Source: Clostridia bacterium (GTDB lineage Bacteria; Acidobacteriota; Terriglobia; Terriglobales; Acidobacteriaceae). Taken from it: a stretch of 64,000 bases of DNA. Made by a program: the position numbers and the translations under genes. Each line of letters opens with the position of its first letter. Position 1 is the first letter of the stretch. The stretch covers positions 75,886 to 139,885 of the forward strand of contig DATMYA010000023.1 of NCBI GenBank assembly GCA_035561135.1, in the 5' to 3' direction. The notes beneath the pieces were generated by a model. That model made no database searches. It worked only from the letters and a program-made list of their open reading frames with translations, and was not told the DNA's origin. Shown here in pieces: positions 53,117 to 62,683 of this stretch.

Positions 53117-53195
53117 CAAACAGGCTTGCTATGCAGTAAGCTGACAAGCTTCGATTCAAAGCTTTCTATTTTGCATTCTTTCGGGGGACTCCGAA

Positions 53196-54380
53196 ATGAA
53201 ACTGCTTGTGATCGGTTCTGGAATGATGGGCTCGTCGGCGGCTTATGACATGGCACGGTGCGCGCGCGTTGAATCCGTCACGCTCGCCGATGAAGACCTT
53301 GCGCGCGCCAAGCAGGCGGCCGCACGCGTGAATAAGCTTACTGGCGCAAAGAAAGTTCGCGCGGCACGCATAGACGCCAGCAGCCAGCGCGCAGCATCGC
53401 GGCTCATGAAGAATCACGACGCGGCGCTCTCCGCCGTTCCCTATTTCTACAATTTGGGACTCGCGAAAGCCGCCATCGACGCCAAGTGCCACTTCGCGGA
53501 TCTAGGCGGCAACAATACCGTGGTGCGGCAGACGCTTGCGCTCGATAAGCAGGCAGCGAAGCGCGGCGTTAGCCTCGCCCCTGACTGCGGACTCTCGCCC
53601 GGCATGGCATCCATCCTGGGTGGCGAACTAATGAAGCGCATCGGCGGTAAAGCCGACGCGTTGAAGATTTACGTCGGCGGACTGCCACAAGACCCTCGCC
53701 CGCCGTTCTATTACCAGATCGTCTTCTCGGTCGATGGCCTCATCAACGAATACGCCGAACCTGCCAAAATCCTGCGCAATGGCAAGATGACCGTCGTGGA
53801 ACCGCTCACTGAACTTGAGGAGTTCCGCATCCCCGGCTTCCCTGAACTAGAAGCTTTCCAAACCTCGGGCGGCACCTCCACGCTTCCTGAAACGTTCGGT
53901 GGCAACGTGGGCGAGTGCTTCGAGAAGACGCTGCGCTATCCGGGGCACGTCCATATGATTCGCGCGTTTTATAACCTTGGCCTCTTCTCGACCAAGCCGT
54001 ACAAGCTGGGCAAGACGCCGATTGTTCCCCGCGAACTGATGAAGCAGATGTTCGTGGAAAAGATGGGCGGCAACGACCCGGACGTCACGGTCATGCGAGT
54101 GGAAGCGCACAGAGGCGACCGCATCGCATCGTTCACCATGGTGGACAAGTATGATCCGGCAACTAAGTTGACGTCGATGATGCGCACGACCGCATGGCCG
54201 GCCAGCGTCGTGGTGCAGATGCTTGCCAGCGGTGAAATCGAGAAGCGTGGCGCGGTACTGCAGGAGCGCGACGTTCCCGCGCAGCTTTTCCTGAACGAGA
54301 TGGCGGCACGCGGCATCGAAATCGCTTACGGATTCACGTCGGAGACTCCACAGAAGCGAACGCGCGCGGCGGCACGGTAA
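53196..54380 (+). CDS. saccharopine dehydrogenase-family NAD(P)-binding protein
   Basis: MKLLVIGSGMMGSSAAYD is a Rossmann GxGxxG motif. The CGLSPGMASILGG pattern and length fit the Sacchrp_dh N+C domain family. Confidence 0.8.
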   Translation: MKLLVIGSGMMGSSAAYDMARCARVESVTLADEDLARAKQAAARVNKLTGAKKVRAARIDASSQRAASRLMKNHDAALSAVPYFYNLGLAKAAIDAKCHFADLGGNNTVVRQTLALDKQAAKRGVSLAPDCGLSPGMASILGGELMKRIGGKADALKIYVGGLPQDPRPPFYYQIVFSVDGLINEYAEPAKILRNGKMTVVEPLTELEEFRIPGFPELEAFQTSGGTSTLPETFGGNVGECFEKTLRYPGHVHMIRAFYNLGLFSTKPYKLGKTPIVPRELMKQMFVEKMGGNDPDVTVMRVEAHRGDRIASFTMVDKYDPATKLTSMMRTTAWPASVVVQMLASGEIEKRGAVLQERDVPAQLFLNEMAARGIEIAYGFTSETPQKRTRAAAR

Positions 54381-54435
54381 CGTCAGCGGCAAGGTTCGTG
54401 ACGTGGTGGTCGAGGCCCGCAGCAAGGAGTTCCGC

Positions 54436-54843
54436 ATGAACAGGTTGAACCAGGTGCAGCCGGTCGCTTTGATGGTTCTGCGCGTCGTGCTCGGCATCAT
54501 CATGCTCGCGCATGGCTATGGCAAGGTCTTCGGAGGCATGCACAAGCACGTTGAATTCGTATCGAGCCTCGGCATGCCGGGCTGGATGGCTTACCCTTCC
54601 GCCGGCGCCGAGTTTATCGGCGGCATACTGCTGATTGTTGGCGTTGCCACACGCTTTGCGGCGCTCGCAGTATTGCTGGACATGCTCGTCGCCATCTTCA
54701 AAGTCCACCTGCACCAGGGGTTGAAGGGCGGCTATGAGTTCCCGCTTGCGCTGGCGACGATCGCTTTCATGCTGATCTTCTACGGTGGCGGCCCAATCTC
54801 GGTCGATTGGCTTTTCGGCGACTCAACGGAGCGCCGTCACTAG
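54436..54843 (+). CDS. DoxX-family membrane protein
   Basis: LMVLRVVLGIIMLAHGYGKVFGG...EFIGGILLIVGVATRFAAL is the DoxX signature. The ATG at 54436 lies 7 nt after AGGAG. Confidence 0.8.
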   Translation: MNRLNQVQPVALMVLRVVLGIIMLAHGYGKVFGGMHKHVEFVSSLGMPGWMAYPSAGAEFIGGILLIVGVATRFAALAVLLDMLVAIFKVHLHQGLKGGYEFPLALATIAFMLIFYGGGPISVDWLFGDSTERRH

Positions 54844-54885
54844 CGAAAAAATATCCAGCCTGAACAGGCTGAGCTGATGAAATCT

Positions 54886-54915
54886 AGGCACGGCAATCAG
54901 CCGTGCCTCTTCTTT
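54886..54915. terminator. intrinsic terminator between convergent genes
   Basis: AGGCACGGC-aatca-GCCGTGCCT followed by CTTCTTT. It abuts the stop of the minus-strand E1 gene. Confidence 0.7.
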
Positions 54916-57127
54916 ACCACTGCGCCAGTTGCATCATGCCTTTCAGGATGTCGTCCGCCTGCGGCAGGATGACGTCCTCCAGCAGCGGTTGGTAGGCAAC
55001 GAAGGTATCCTTGGCTGCCACGCGGCGCACGGGGGCGTCGAGTTGGTCGAACAGCTCATCCGCAATGCGCGCGGCGATTTCCGCACCATAGCCCCAACTC
55101 AGCATGTCTTCGTGAACGACAAGCGCGCGGCTCGTCTTGCTGACGGACGCCGCAATCGCTTCCCAGTCATAGGGACTTAGTGTGCGCAGATCGATCAGCT
55201 CAGCGCTAATGCCGTGTTCGCGCTCCAGCCGCTGTGCGGCCTGCAACGCACGAGGCACCGTCGCACCATAGGTGATGACCGAGAGGTCGTGACCTTCCTT
55301 CACCACCTTGGCTTTGCCGAACGGAACCATGTAGTCCGGCCCCGGATAGGGCGAGCGTCCAAAGGCTTCGCGATAGAGACGCTTGTGCTCAAGGAACAGA
55401 ACCGGATCGTCGCAGCGAATCGCAGTGCGCAGAAGGCCAGCGGCATCCAGCGCGTTCGATGGGAAGATGACCCTCATGCCCGGCGTGTGCGTAAAGAGAC
55501 TTTCACCACATTGCGAGTGGTAGATGGAACCGCCCGTCAGGTATCCACCGATGGCGACGCGAATCACCGCCGGGCAGGAGAAGTTGCCATTCGACCGCCA
55601 GCGGATAAGCGGCAGTTCGTTGCGTAGCTGCTGCATTGCCGGGAAGATATAGTCGAAGAACTGAATCTCCACGACGGGCTTCAGGCCGCGAGTTGCCATG
55701 CCCACGGCACGGCCTACGATATTGGCCTCGGCCAGCGGCGAATTAAAGACGCGCTCCGAACCGAAGTCGCACTGCAATCCGGCGGTCAGCTTGAAGACCC
55801 CGCCCTTGCCCTTCACCGACTTATCAGACAGATACTCCTCGCGCGAGCAATCGGCAACGTCTTCGCCGAACATCACAACCCGCGGATCGCGCCGCATCTC
55901 GTCCCGAAGCGTGGAGTTAATCAAGTCAGCCATCGTCCTGTCGGCGCCTGACTTCGCCTGCCCTTCCACTTTCAGTTCGAAGTGCGGAGGCGTTTCGAAT
56001 TGCCCGGAAGCCACGTCCAGCTCCGGCGAATACACAAAATCCTTGTAACTGTCCGTAGATGGCAACGCTGCTTCCAGCGCACGGTCGGCCGCTTCCTGTA
56101 CTTCCTCTTCGACACTCTTTTCTAGGGCGTTCAGTGCGCTCTCGGTAATGATGCCCTCGCGGATCAGGAACAGCTGCATCCGCGTGATGGGGTCGCGCTC
56201 GGCATCTTTCTGTCGCTCGATCTCCGGCCTGTAAAGCTTCTCATCATCCGAGAGCGAGTGCGAGTACGGACGGATGACGTGGCCGTGCACGAATGCCGGA
56301 CCGTTCCCGGCGCGAATGTAATCCACCGCGCGCTTGAAACCAGCGTAGCTCACGACCGGATCGGTGCCATCGAACTCTTCAAAGTGGAAGTTGGGATAGT
56401 TCGCGACGAGCCTGCTGATGTTTCCGCCAGCCGTGTTGACTTCCACTGGGACGGAGATGGCGTACTCGTTATCTTCCACGACGAACAGAACGGGCAGCTT
56501 GCGATTGGACGCCGTGTTGAGCGATTCCCAGAACTCTCCCTGCGAGGTCGTTCCCTCACCGCACGAGACGAACACGACTTCATCGCCGTGGAACACGACG
56601 TCTTTGAACTGCCGGTAGTCCCCTTCCGCCTTTTCTGCGGCACCGGGGTTCTGGGCAAAGTAGCGACCAGCCTCGGCGCAGCCTACGGCTTGCAGGAACT
56701 GCGTCCCGGTGGGCGAGGACTGGGTGACGATGTTCAGCGCCTTGTGTCCCCAGTGGGAAGGCATCTGGCGCCCGCCGGAGTTCGGATCGTCGGCGGCGCC
56801 CACGGCTTCCAAAAGCTGCTCAAGCGGAGTCATGCCCACGGCAAGGCACAGAGCGCGGTCGCGGTAATAGGGATAGAACCAGTCGTATCCGCCCTTCAGG
56901 ACGGCACCGGCGGCGGCCAGCATAGCTTCGTGTCCGGCACACGAGATCTGGAAGAAGATCTTCTGCTGGCGTTTCAGCAGAATTTCGCGGTCGTCCAAAC
57001 GGCGCGAGAGGAACATAAGCCGGTAGAGATCGATTAGCTGCTGCGGCGTGAGTCCTTCGTAATTTTTTTCGGCGGTGGTGGCTGCGCTGCCCGCACGGAC
57101 AGCCTTCTGTTCTTTCGTCGATGCCAT
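54914..57127 (-). CDS. fused alpha/beta E1 component of a 2-oxoacid (branched-chain/pyruvate-type) dehydrogenase, TPP-dependent
   Basis: The N-terminal half resembles E1-alpha ([26 protein letters not shown]). The C-terminal half resembles E1-beta ([31 protein letters not shown]). The ATG at 57127 is preceded by GAGGA. Confidence 0.85.
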   Translation of the reverse strand: MASTKEQKAVRAGSAATTAEKNYEGLTPQQLIDLYRLMFLSRRLDDREILLKRQQKIFFQISCAGHEAMLAAAGAVLKGGYDWFYPYYRDRALCLAVGMTPLEQLLEAVGAADDPNSGGRQMPSHWGHKALNIVTQSSPTGTQFLQAVGCAEAGRYFAQNPGAAEKAEGDYRQFKDVVFHGDEVVFVSCGEGTTSQGEFWESLNTASNRKLPVLFVVEDNEYAISVPVEVNTAGGNISRLVANYPNFHFEEFDGTDPVVSYAGFKRAVDYIRAGNGPAFVHGHVIRPYSHSLSDDEKLYRPEIERQKDAERDPITRMQLFLIREGIITESALNALEKSVEEEVQEAADRALEAALPSTDSYKDFVYSPELDVASGQFETPPHFELKVEGQAKSGADRTMADLINSTLRDEMRRDPRVVMFGEDVADCSREEYLSDKSVKGKGGVFKLTAGLQCDFGSERVFNSPLAEANIVGRAVGMATRGLKPVVEIQFFDYIFPAMQQLRNELPLIRWRSNGNFSCPAVIRVAIGGYLTGGSIYHSQCGESLFTHTPGMRVIFPSNALDAAGLLRTAIRCDDPVLFLEHKRLYREAFGRSPYPGPDYMVPFGKAKVVKEGHDLSVITYGATVPRALQAAQRLEREHGISAELIDLRTLSPYDWEAIAASVSKTSRALVVHEDMLSWGYGAEIAARIADELFDQLDAPVRRVAAKDTFVAYQPLLEDVILPQADDILKGMMQLAQW

Positions 57128-57288
57128 CCTGTTCCTCGATGTGATATCAGAGCGCCCGCCACGCACTCCACTGGCGTCCGGGCCGTCGGGAAGAAACTTG
57201 AATCCATTGTAAATGATGCATTACGAAGTACCTGGTACTGCTCCGAGCCGACGCGAACCTGCCCCTCGACCGCTATACTGAATGGGCA

Positions 57289-58029
57289 ATGATTCGCGTA
57301 CTCCGTTCGATTCCTGCCGAGCACCTTAAGCTGCTGATTTTTGATCTCGACGGCACCCTTGTGGACAGCCAACTGGACCTTGCTCACGCCGTCAATGCCA
57401 TGCTGCGGAAGTTTGACCGCGCCGAATTGCCGGTGGACGTCATTGCCACCTACATAGGCGATGGCGCGCCTATGCTCATCCGCCGCGCCCTTGGCGACCC
57501 GCAGGACGAGCGCTTCGTGAAGGACGCGCTGCACTACTTCATGGCGTACTATCGCGAGCACAAACTCGATAACACCCAGGCATATGCGGGGATACCCGAG
57601 GCCTTGTCCGAACTGCGCGACCGTAGCAACGGACGCTTCCGCATGGCCGTGCTCACCAATAAGCCTGTAAACCCTTCCCGCGGCATCATCGAAGGTCTGG
57701 GCATGAATGATTTCTTCCTGCAAATCTATGGCGGCAACAGCTTCTCGACCAAGAAGCCTGACCCATTTGGCGCTCGCGTGCTGTTGCAGGAGACCGGAGC
57801 CGCGCCGGAAGAGACTCTTATGATCGGCGATTCGCAGGTTGACGTCCTCACGGCACGCAATGCCGGCATGTGGAGCCTGGGCGTGACCTACGGCTTCGCT
57901 CCAGAATCTCTGCAAAAACATCCGCCCGACGTTCTCATCGACAGCCCCTCGGAACTGACCTCGGCTATTGGCATGGGAGCGGTGAGCCGAGAGGGTGAAA
58001 TTCCTGCCAGGGAAGGCTTCACCGAATAA
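57289..58029 (+). CDS. gph: HAD hydrolase, phosphoglycolate phosphatase-like
   Basis: LLIFDLDGTLVDS (motif I), VLTNKP (motif II) and MIGDSQVDVLTARNAG (motifs III/IV). Confidence 0.75.
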   Translation: MIRVLRSIPAEHLKLLIFDLDGTLVDSQLDLAHAVNAMLRKFDRAELPVDVIATYIGDGAPMLIRRALGDPQDERFVKDALHYFMAYYREHKLDNTQAYAGIPEALSELRDRSNGRFRMAVLTNKPVNPSRGIIEGLGMNDFFLQIYGGNSFSTKKPDPFGARVLLQETGAAPEETLMIGDSQVDVLTARNAGMWSLGVTYGFAPESLQKHPPDVLIDSPSELTSAIGMGAVSREGEIPAREGFTE

Positions 58030-58161
58030 CTCTTACCCTGCCATCCGGTCGAAGACGCGGTTTAGAGGCAGGCACATGATTAACATTCGAGAAGTGATGG
58101 GTGTCACATCCCTTGCGGTCACTCCCCCCCGATACTGTCAGTTGTAAGTCGAGGAATAAGC

Positions 58162-59073
58162 ATGTTTAAGATTCTCCGAACGCAGACGCTCGGAACGGGC
58201 ATTAAGCTTTTTGTGCTGGACGCTCCGCGCATCGCGCGTAAGCAGAGGCCGGGGCAGTTCGTCATTCTCCGCCTGCATGATCAGGGCGAGCGCATTCCTC
58301 TCACCATCGAGGACAGCGACCCGGAGGCGGGCACGATCAACATTGCCGTCCAGGCGATTGGCAAGACGACCCACCTGCTCAGCATGTTGAACGAGGGAGA
58401 TTACGTCCTCGACGTCGTTGGGCCGCTCGGTCACCCGTCCGAGGTGCGCAACTACGGTACCGTCGCGGTGATTGCCGGAAGCATCGGCACTGCGATGGCT
58501 TACCCGACGGCGAGAGCGCTAAAGCAAGCCGGCAACCACGTGATCTTCATCGAAGGGGCTCGCCGCAAGGACCTCGTCGTACTAGAAGACGAAGTGCGCG
58601 CCGTGAGCGACGAAACTTACATGATGACCGACGATGGCAGCCATGGTGAACAAGGCCTTGTGACCGCTAAACTCCAGCAGCTTTTCGATGCTGGATGGAA
58701 GATCGACTTCGTCCTCGCAGTCGGCCCGGTGCCAATGATGGCCGCCGTCGCCAACCTGACGCGTCCGCGGAAAATTCGCACGGTCGTCAGCCTCAACTCG
58801 ATCATGGTCGATGGAACCGGCATGTGCGGCGGTTGCCGCGTGCTGGTCGGCAACACCAGCAAGTTCGCCTGTGTAGATGGCCCTGACTTCGATGCCGAAG
58901 AGGTGAACTTCGAAGTGTTGACACGCCGTAACCAGATGTACAGAAACAATGAACGGCGTTCGCTGGAGGAGTTCCTCGCCAATCCCGAGAAGGATTTGGC
59001 ACTCGTGCACGACTCCTGCAGGCTGCGCGAAGTGGAAGCACATGCCACGGCCTGCGGCCAGAGGAGCAAGTGA
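58162..59073 (+). CDS. FAD/NAD(P)-binding, 2Fe-2S oxidoreductase subunit (NfnA / sulfide dehydrogenase gamma / PyrK-like)
   Basis: MFKILRTQTLGTGIKLFVLDAPRIARKQRPGQFVILR...RIPLTI is a ferredoxin-reductase fold. The C-terminal CGGCRV...FACVDGP is the cluster motif. The gene is translationally coupled to the next one. Confidence 0.75.
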   Translation: MFKILRTQTLGTGIKLFVLDAPRIARKQRPGQFVILRLHDQGERIPLTIEDSDPEAGTINIAVQAIGKTTHLLSMLNEGDYVLDVVGPLGHPSEVRNYGTVAVIAGSIGTAMAYPTARALKQAGNHVIFIEGARRKDLVVLEDEVRAVSDETYMMTDDGSHGEQGLVTAKLQQLFDAGWKIDFVLAVGPVPMMAAVANLTRPRKIRTVVSLNSIMVDGTGMCGGCRVLVGNTSKFACVDGPDFDAEEVNFEVLTRRNQMYRNNERRSLEEFLANPEKDLALVHDSCRLREVEAHATACGQRSK

Positions 59074-60509
59074 TGTCGCATAACCCGCTTACCAAGCGCG
59101 ACCGCATGAAGGTACCGCGCCAGAACATGCCCGAACGCGATGCCACCGAGCGGGCGCGCGACTTCAAAGAAGTCAACCTCGGCTTCCAGCCTGGACTCGC
59201 GACGACCGAATGTTCGCGTTGTATCGAGTGCGAAAAGCCCTCCTGCATGGCGGCATGTCCGGTGGGCGTGAAGGTGAAGGACGTCATCGATCTCGTGCTC
59301 GCGGGCGACTACCTGGGCGCCGCCGCCAAACTGCGCGAAGACAACGTGCTTCCCGCCGTTACGGGCCGCGTCTGCCCGCAGGAAGAACAGTGCGAGGGCG
59401 GCTGCATCCTTTCAAAAAAAGGCAATTCCGTGGCGATCGGCCACATCGAGCGCTTTGTTGCCGATTACGAACGCTCCGTCGGCATGCTTGGCCTGCCCAC
59501 GAACGCTCCGGCCACCGGCAAGAAAGTTGCCGTCATCGGAAGCGGCCCGGCCGGCCTCAGTTGCGCCGGAGACCTCATCCAGCGCGGACACAAGGTTCGC
59601 GTTTTCGAAGCGCTGCACGAACTCGGCGGCGTGCTCGTTTACGGCATCCCCGAATTCCGCCTGCCCAAGAAGATTGTTCACGAAGAGATCACGAACATGC
59701 GCGCCATGGGCGTGGAGTTCGAGACCAACGTGGTCGTCGGCAAAACCATCACGCTGGACGAGCTCTTCACGGAAGAACACTACGACGCCGCTTTCGTGGC
59801 CGTCGGAGCTGGCCTGCCGCAGTTCCTGAATATCCCGGGCGAGCACCTGAACGGCGTTTACTCGGCCAATGAATTTCTGACGCGCGTTAACCTGATGCGC
59901 GCCAACCGCTTCCCCGAGTACGACGAGCCAGTGTACGACTGCCGCGACAAGGACGTAATCGTCGTTGGCGGTGGCAACACCGCTCTGGACGCAGTGCGCA
60001 CCTCGCTCCGCCTGGGCGCAAAATCCGCGGCCATCGTCTATCGACGCAGCGAAAACGAGATGCCGGCGCGCAAGGAAGAAGTGCATCACGCCAAGCAAGA
60101 GGGCGTAGAGTTCCGCGTACTCTGGAATCCGATCGAGTTCATAGGCGACGAGAAGGGCTGGCTGAAAGAAGCGCGTTGCATCCAGATGGAACTTGGCGAG
60201 CCAGACGCTTCGGGACGCCGTCGTCCGGTGCCGATTGCGGGCTCGGAGAAGAACTTCCCGGCGCAAGTGGCGATTGTTGCTACCGGAACCAGTGCGAATC
60301 CGATCATCCAGGCGACCACGCCGGATCTAGCCGTTAACAAGTGGAACTACATTCAGGCCAGTGAAGACACGCAGCGCACGTCGAAGAAAGGCGTCTTTGC
60401 CGGAGGCGACATCGTCACCGGCGGGGCAACCGTCATTCTCGCGATGGGCGCTGGACGCCGTGCGGCCAAGTCGATCCACGAATACCTGATTGGCGATGGC
60501 AGCTGGTAA
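59073..60509 (+). CDS. NADPH-dependent glutamate-synthase small-subunit-like oxidoreductase (GltD/NfnB family)
   Basis: CIECEKPSCMAACPVGV and CPQEEQCEGGC are Fe-S motifs. VAVIGSGPAGLSCA and VVGGGNTALD are two dinucleotide folds. The ATG at 59073 overlaps the upstream TGA (TGATG), with GAGGAG upstream. Confidence 0.8.
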   Translation: MSHNPLTKRDRMKVPRQNMPERDATERARDFKEVNLGFQPGLATTECSRCIECEKPSCMAACPVGVKVKDVIDLVLAGDYLGAAAKLREDNVLPAVTGRVCPQEEQCEGGCILSKKGNSVAIGHIERFVADYERSVGMLGLPTNAPATGKKVAVIGSGPAGLSCAGDLIQRGHKVRVFEALHELGGVLVYGIPEFRLPKKIVHEEITNMRAMGVEFETNVVVGKTITLDELFTEEHYDAAFVAVGAGLPQFLNIPGEHLNGVYSANEFLTRVNLMRANRFPEYDEPVYDCRDKDVIVVGGGNTALDAVRTSLRLGAKSAAIVYRRSENEMPARKEEVHHAKQEGVEFRVLWNPIEFIGDEKGWLKEARCIQMELGEPDASGRRRPVPIAGSEKNFPAQVAIVATGTSANPIIQATTPDLAVNKWNYIQASEDTQRTSKKGVFAGGDIVTGGATVILAMGAGRRAAKSIHEYLIGDGSW

Positions 60510-60644
60510 GGCGACCTGCCTGTCGCGACCGCTTCCCACTTGATAAGCACTCGTTCGAGGACGGCGGAAGCGTTCGTTCCCAGCAGCTATAATTAAAGGA
60601 AGCCTTGAGGCCGATATCGCGCCTGGAGAGGCATCCCTTTTTCT

Positions 60645-62633
60645 ATGGACTTCAAGCTTCAAAGCACATACAAGCCACAGGGAGACCAGGGCCGTGCCAT
60701 CGACCAGCTCTCGCGCGGGCTCATTGACGGCGAAAAACATCAGGTTCTGCTTGGTGTTACCGGTTCGGGCAAGACCTTCACGATGGCGAAAATCATCGAG
60801 GAGTTGAACCGTCCTGCGCTAATCATGGCGCACAACAAAACCCTTGCGGCACAGCTCTACCACGAGTTCAAGAACTTCTTTCCGCAGAACGCCGTCGAGT
60901 ACTTCGTCTCCTACTACGACTACTACCAGCCGGAAGCGTACATTCCCGCAGGCGACATCTACATCGAGAAGGAAGCGACCATCAACGACGAGCTGGACAA
61001 GCTGCGCCTCTCGGCCACGAAGTCGCTGTTCGAACGCCGCGATTGCATTATCGTCGCCTCTGTCAGTTGCATCTACGGCCTTGGCTCGCCAGAGGCGTAC
61101 TACGGGATGTTGCTCTTCCTGGAAAAGGGACAGAAGTTCAAGCGTGAGGACATCGTCAAGAAACTTGTCGAAATTCTATACGAGCGCACTAACGACGATT
61201 TCAAGCGCGGCACCTTCCGGGTTCGCGGCGATGTCATCGAGATATTCCCCACGTACGAGGACAGCGCCTATCGCATCGAGCTATGGGGCGACGAGATCGA
61301 ATCGCTTTCACAGATCGACCCGCTGTTCGGCACCGTGAAGCAGCGCTACACGCGCCTGCCCATCTATCCCAAGACGCACTACGTCATGAAACCAGAAGCA
61401 AAGACCAGCGCGGTGGCATCGATTTTGGAGGAGCTGGGATGGTGGGAAACAGAGTTGGAGAAGCAGGGCCGCCTGGTCGAGTCGCAGCGCATACACCAGC
61501 GCACCCGCTTTGATCTCGAAATGATCAAAGAGATGGGCTACTGCCACGGCATCGAGAACTACTCGCGTCACTTCACTGGACGCCTGCCGGGCGAACCGCC
61601 GCCGACGCTGCTCGACTACGTTCCCCGCGACTATTTGATGTTCATCGACGAATCGCACCAGACGATTCCGCAGGTTCATGGCATGTGGCACGGCGACCGC
61701 TCGCGCAAACAGAATCTCATCGAGTATGGCTTTCGCCTGCCGAGTGCACTCGACAACCGCCCGCTCACCTTTGAGGAGTTCGAGAACCGGGTCAACCAGG
61801 TTGTCTATGTCTCCGCAACGCCGGGCCCGTACGAATTAACGAAGTCGGCCGGCGTAGTCGTTGAGCAGATTATTCGCCCGACTGGACTGGTCGACCCGCA
61901 GGTGGAGATACGCCCCGTGCGCGGCCAGATCGATGACCTGCTGCACGAGATACGAGCGCGCGTCGCCAACGGACAGCGTGTGCTCGTCACTACGCTCACG
62001 AAGCGTATGGCCGAGGACCTGGCCGAGTATTACAGCGAAGTTGGCGTGCGCTGCCGTTACATGCACTCCGAGATCGAAACATTGGAACGCATTAAGATCA
62101 TCCGCGATCTGCGGAATGGCGAGTTCGACGTGCTTATCGGCATCAACCTCTTGCGCGAAGGACTCGATCTGCCGGAAGTCTCACTGGTCGCCGTTCTCGA
62201 CGCCGACAAGGAAGGGTTCCTGCGTTCGTCCGGATCGCTCATCCAGACGATTGGCCGCTGCGCGCGACACCTTGAGGGACGCGCCGTGCTCTACGCAGAC
62301 AGGATGACGGATTCCATGCGCAAGGCCATTGACGAAACCGATCGACGCCGCGCCATCCAGGAAGCCTACAACGTTGAGAACGGCATCACGCCCACCACCA
62401 TCATTCGCGCTCTCGACATGTCGCTCGTCCAGATGGTGCAGGCCGACTACGCCGACCTCACAAGCGAAGCCGATGGTCTGCCGGACTTCAAGTCACAAGA
62501 GGAACTTGACGGGTACATCGCGCGCCTGGAAAGCGACATGCGCGAAGCCGCAAAAAAGTTCGAGTTCGAGAAAGCGGCGAAGCTCCGAGACAACATCCGC
62601 GAATTGAAGACGAAGGAATTCCTGTTCGCCTGA
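60645..62633 (+). CDS. uvrB: excinuclease ABC subunit B
   Basis: [14 protein letters not shown], the beta-hairpin [18 protein letters not shown] and the C-terminal UVR domain [15 protein letters not shown]. Confidence 0.95.
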   Translation: MDFKLQSTYKPQGDQGRAIDQLSRGLIDGEKHQVLLGVTGSGKTFTMAKIIEELNRPALIMAHNKTLAAQLYHEFKNFFPQNAVEYFVSYYDYYQPEAYIPAGDIYIEKEATINDELDKLRLSATKSLFERRDCIIVASVSCIYGLGSPEAYYGMLLFLEKGQKFKREDIVKKLVEILYERTNDDFKRGTFRVRGDVIEIFPTYEDSAYRIELWGDEIESLSQIDPLFGTVKQRYTRLPIYPKTHYVMKPEAKTSAVASILEELGWWETELEKQGRLVESQRIHQRTRFDLEMIKEMGYCHGIENYSRHFTGRLPGEPPPTLLDYVPRDYLMFIDESHQTIPQVHGMWHGDRSRKQNLIEYGFRLPSALDNRPLTFEEFENRVNQVVYVSATPGPYELTKSAGVVVEQIIRPTGLVDPQVEIRPVRGQIDDLLHEIRARVANGQRVLVTTLTKRMAEDLAEYYSEVGVRCRYMHSEIETLERIKIIRDLRNGEFDVLIGINLLREGLDLPEVSLVAVLDADKEGFLRSSGSLIQTIGRCARHLEGRAVLYADRMTDSMRKAIDETDRRRAIQEAYNVENGITPTTIIRALDMSLVQMVQADYADLTSEADGLPDFKSQEELDGYIARLESDMREAAKKFEFEKAAKLRDNIRELKTKEFLFA

Positions 62634-62638
62634 ATAAT

Positions 62639-62664
62639 GAGGGCAGCGGATAACCGCTGCCCTC
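62639..62664. terminator. hairpin between convergent uvrB and the GH42 gene (probable terminator)
   Basis: GAGGGCAGCGG-ataa-CCGCTGCCCTC is an 11-bp perfect stem. The flanking U-tracts are weak on both strands. Confidence 0.6.
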
Positions 62665-62683
62665 GGTCGAAAAACCTAGCCTG

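Noticed and set aside
58076-58147. A 23-codon upstream ORF (MINIREVMGVTSLAVTPPRYCQL) ending 15 nt before the nfnA-like start.
   Set aside because: It has no SD, no distinctive composition and no attenuator structure. Short ORFs of this length arise by chance.
60553-60579. GTTC words upstream of uvrB, considered as a possible LexA (GTTC-N7-GTTC type) SOS box.
   Set aside because: The GTTC copies are either adjacent (GTTCGTTC) or 16 nt apart. None has the N7 spacing, so no SOS box is supported.
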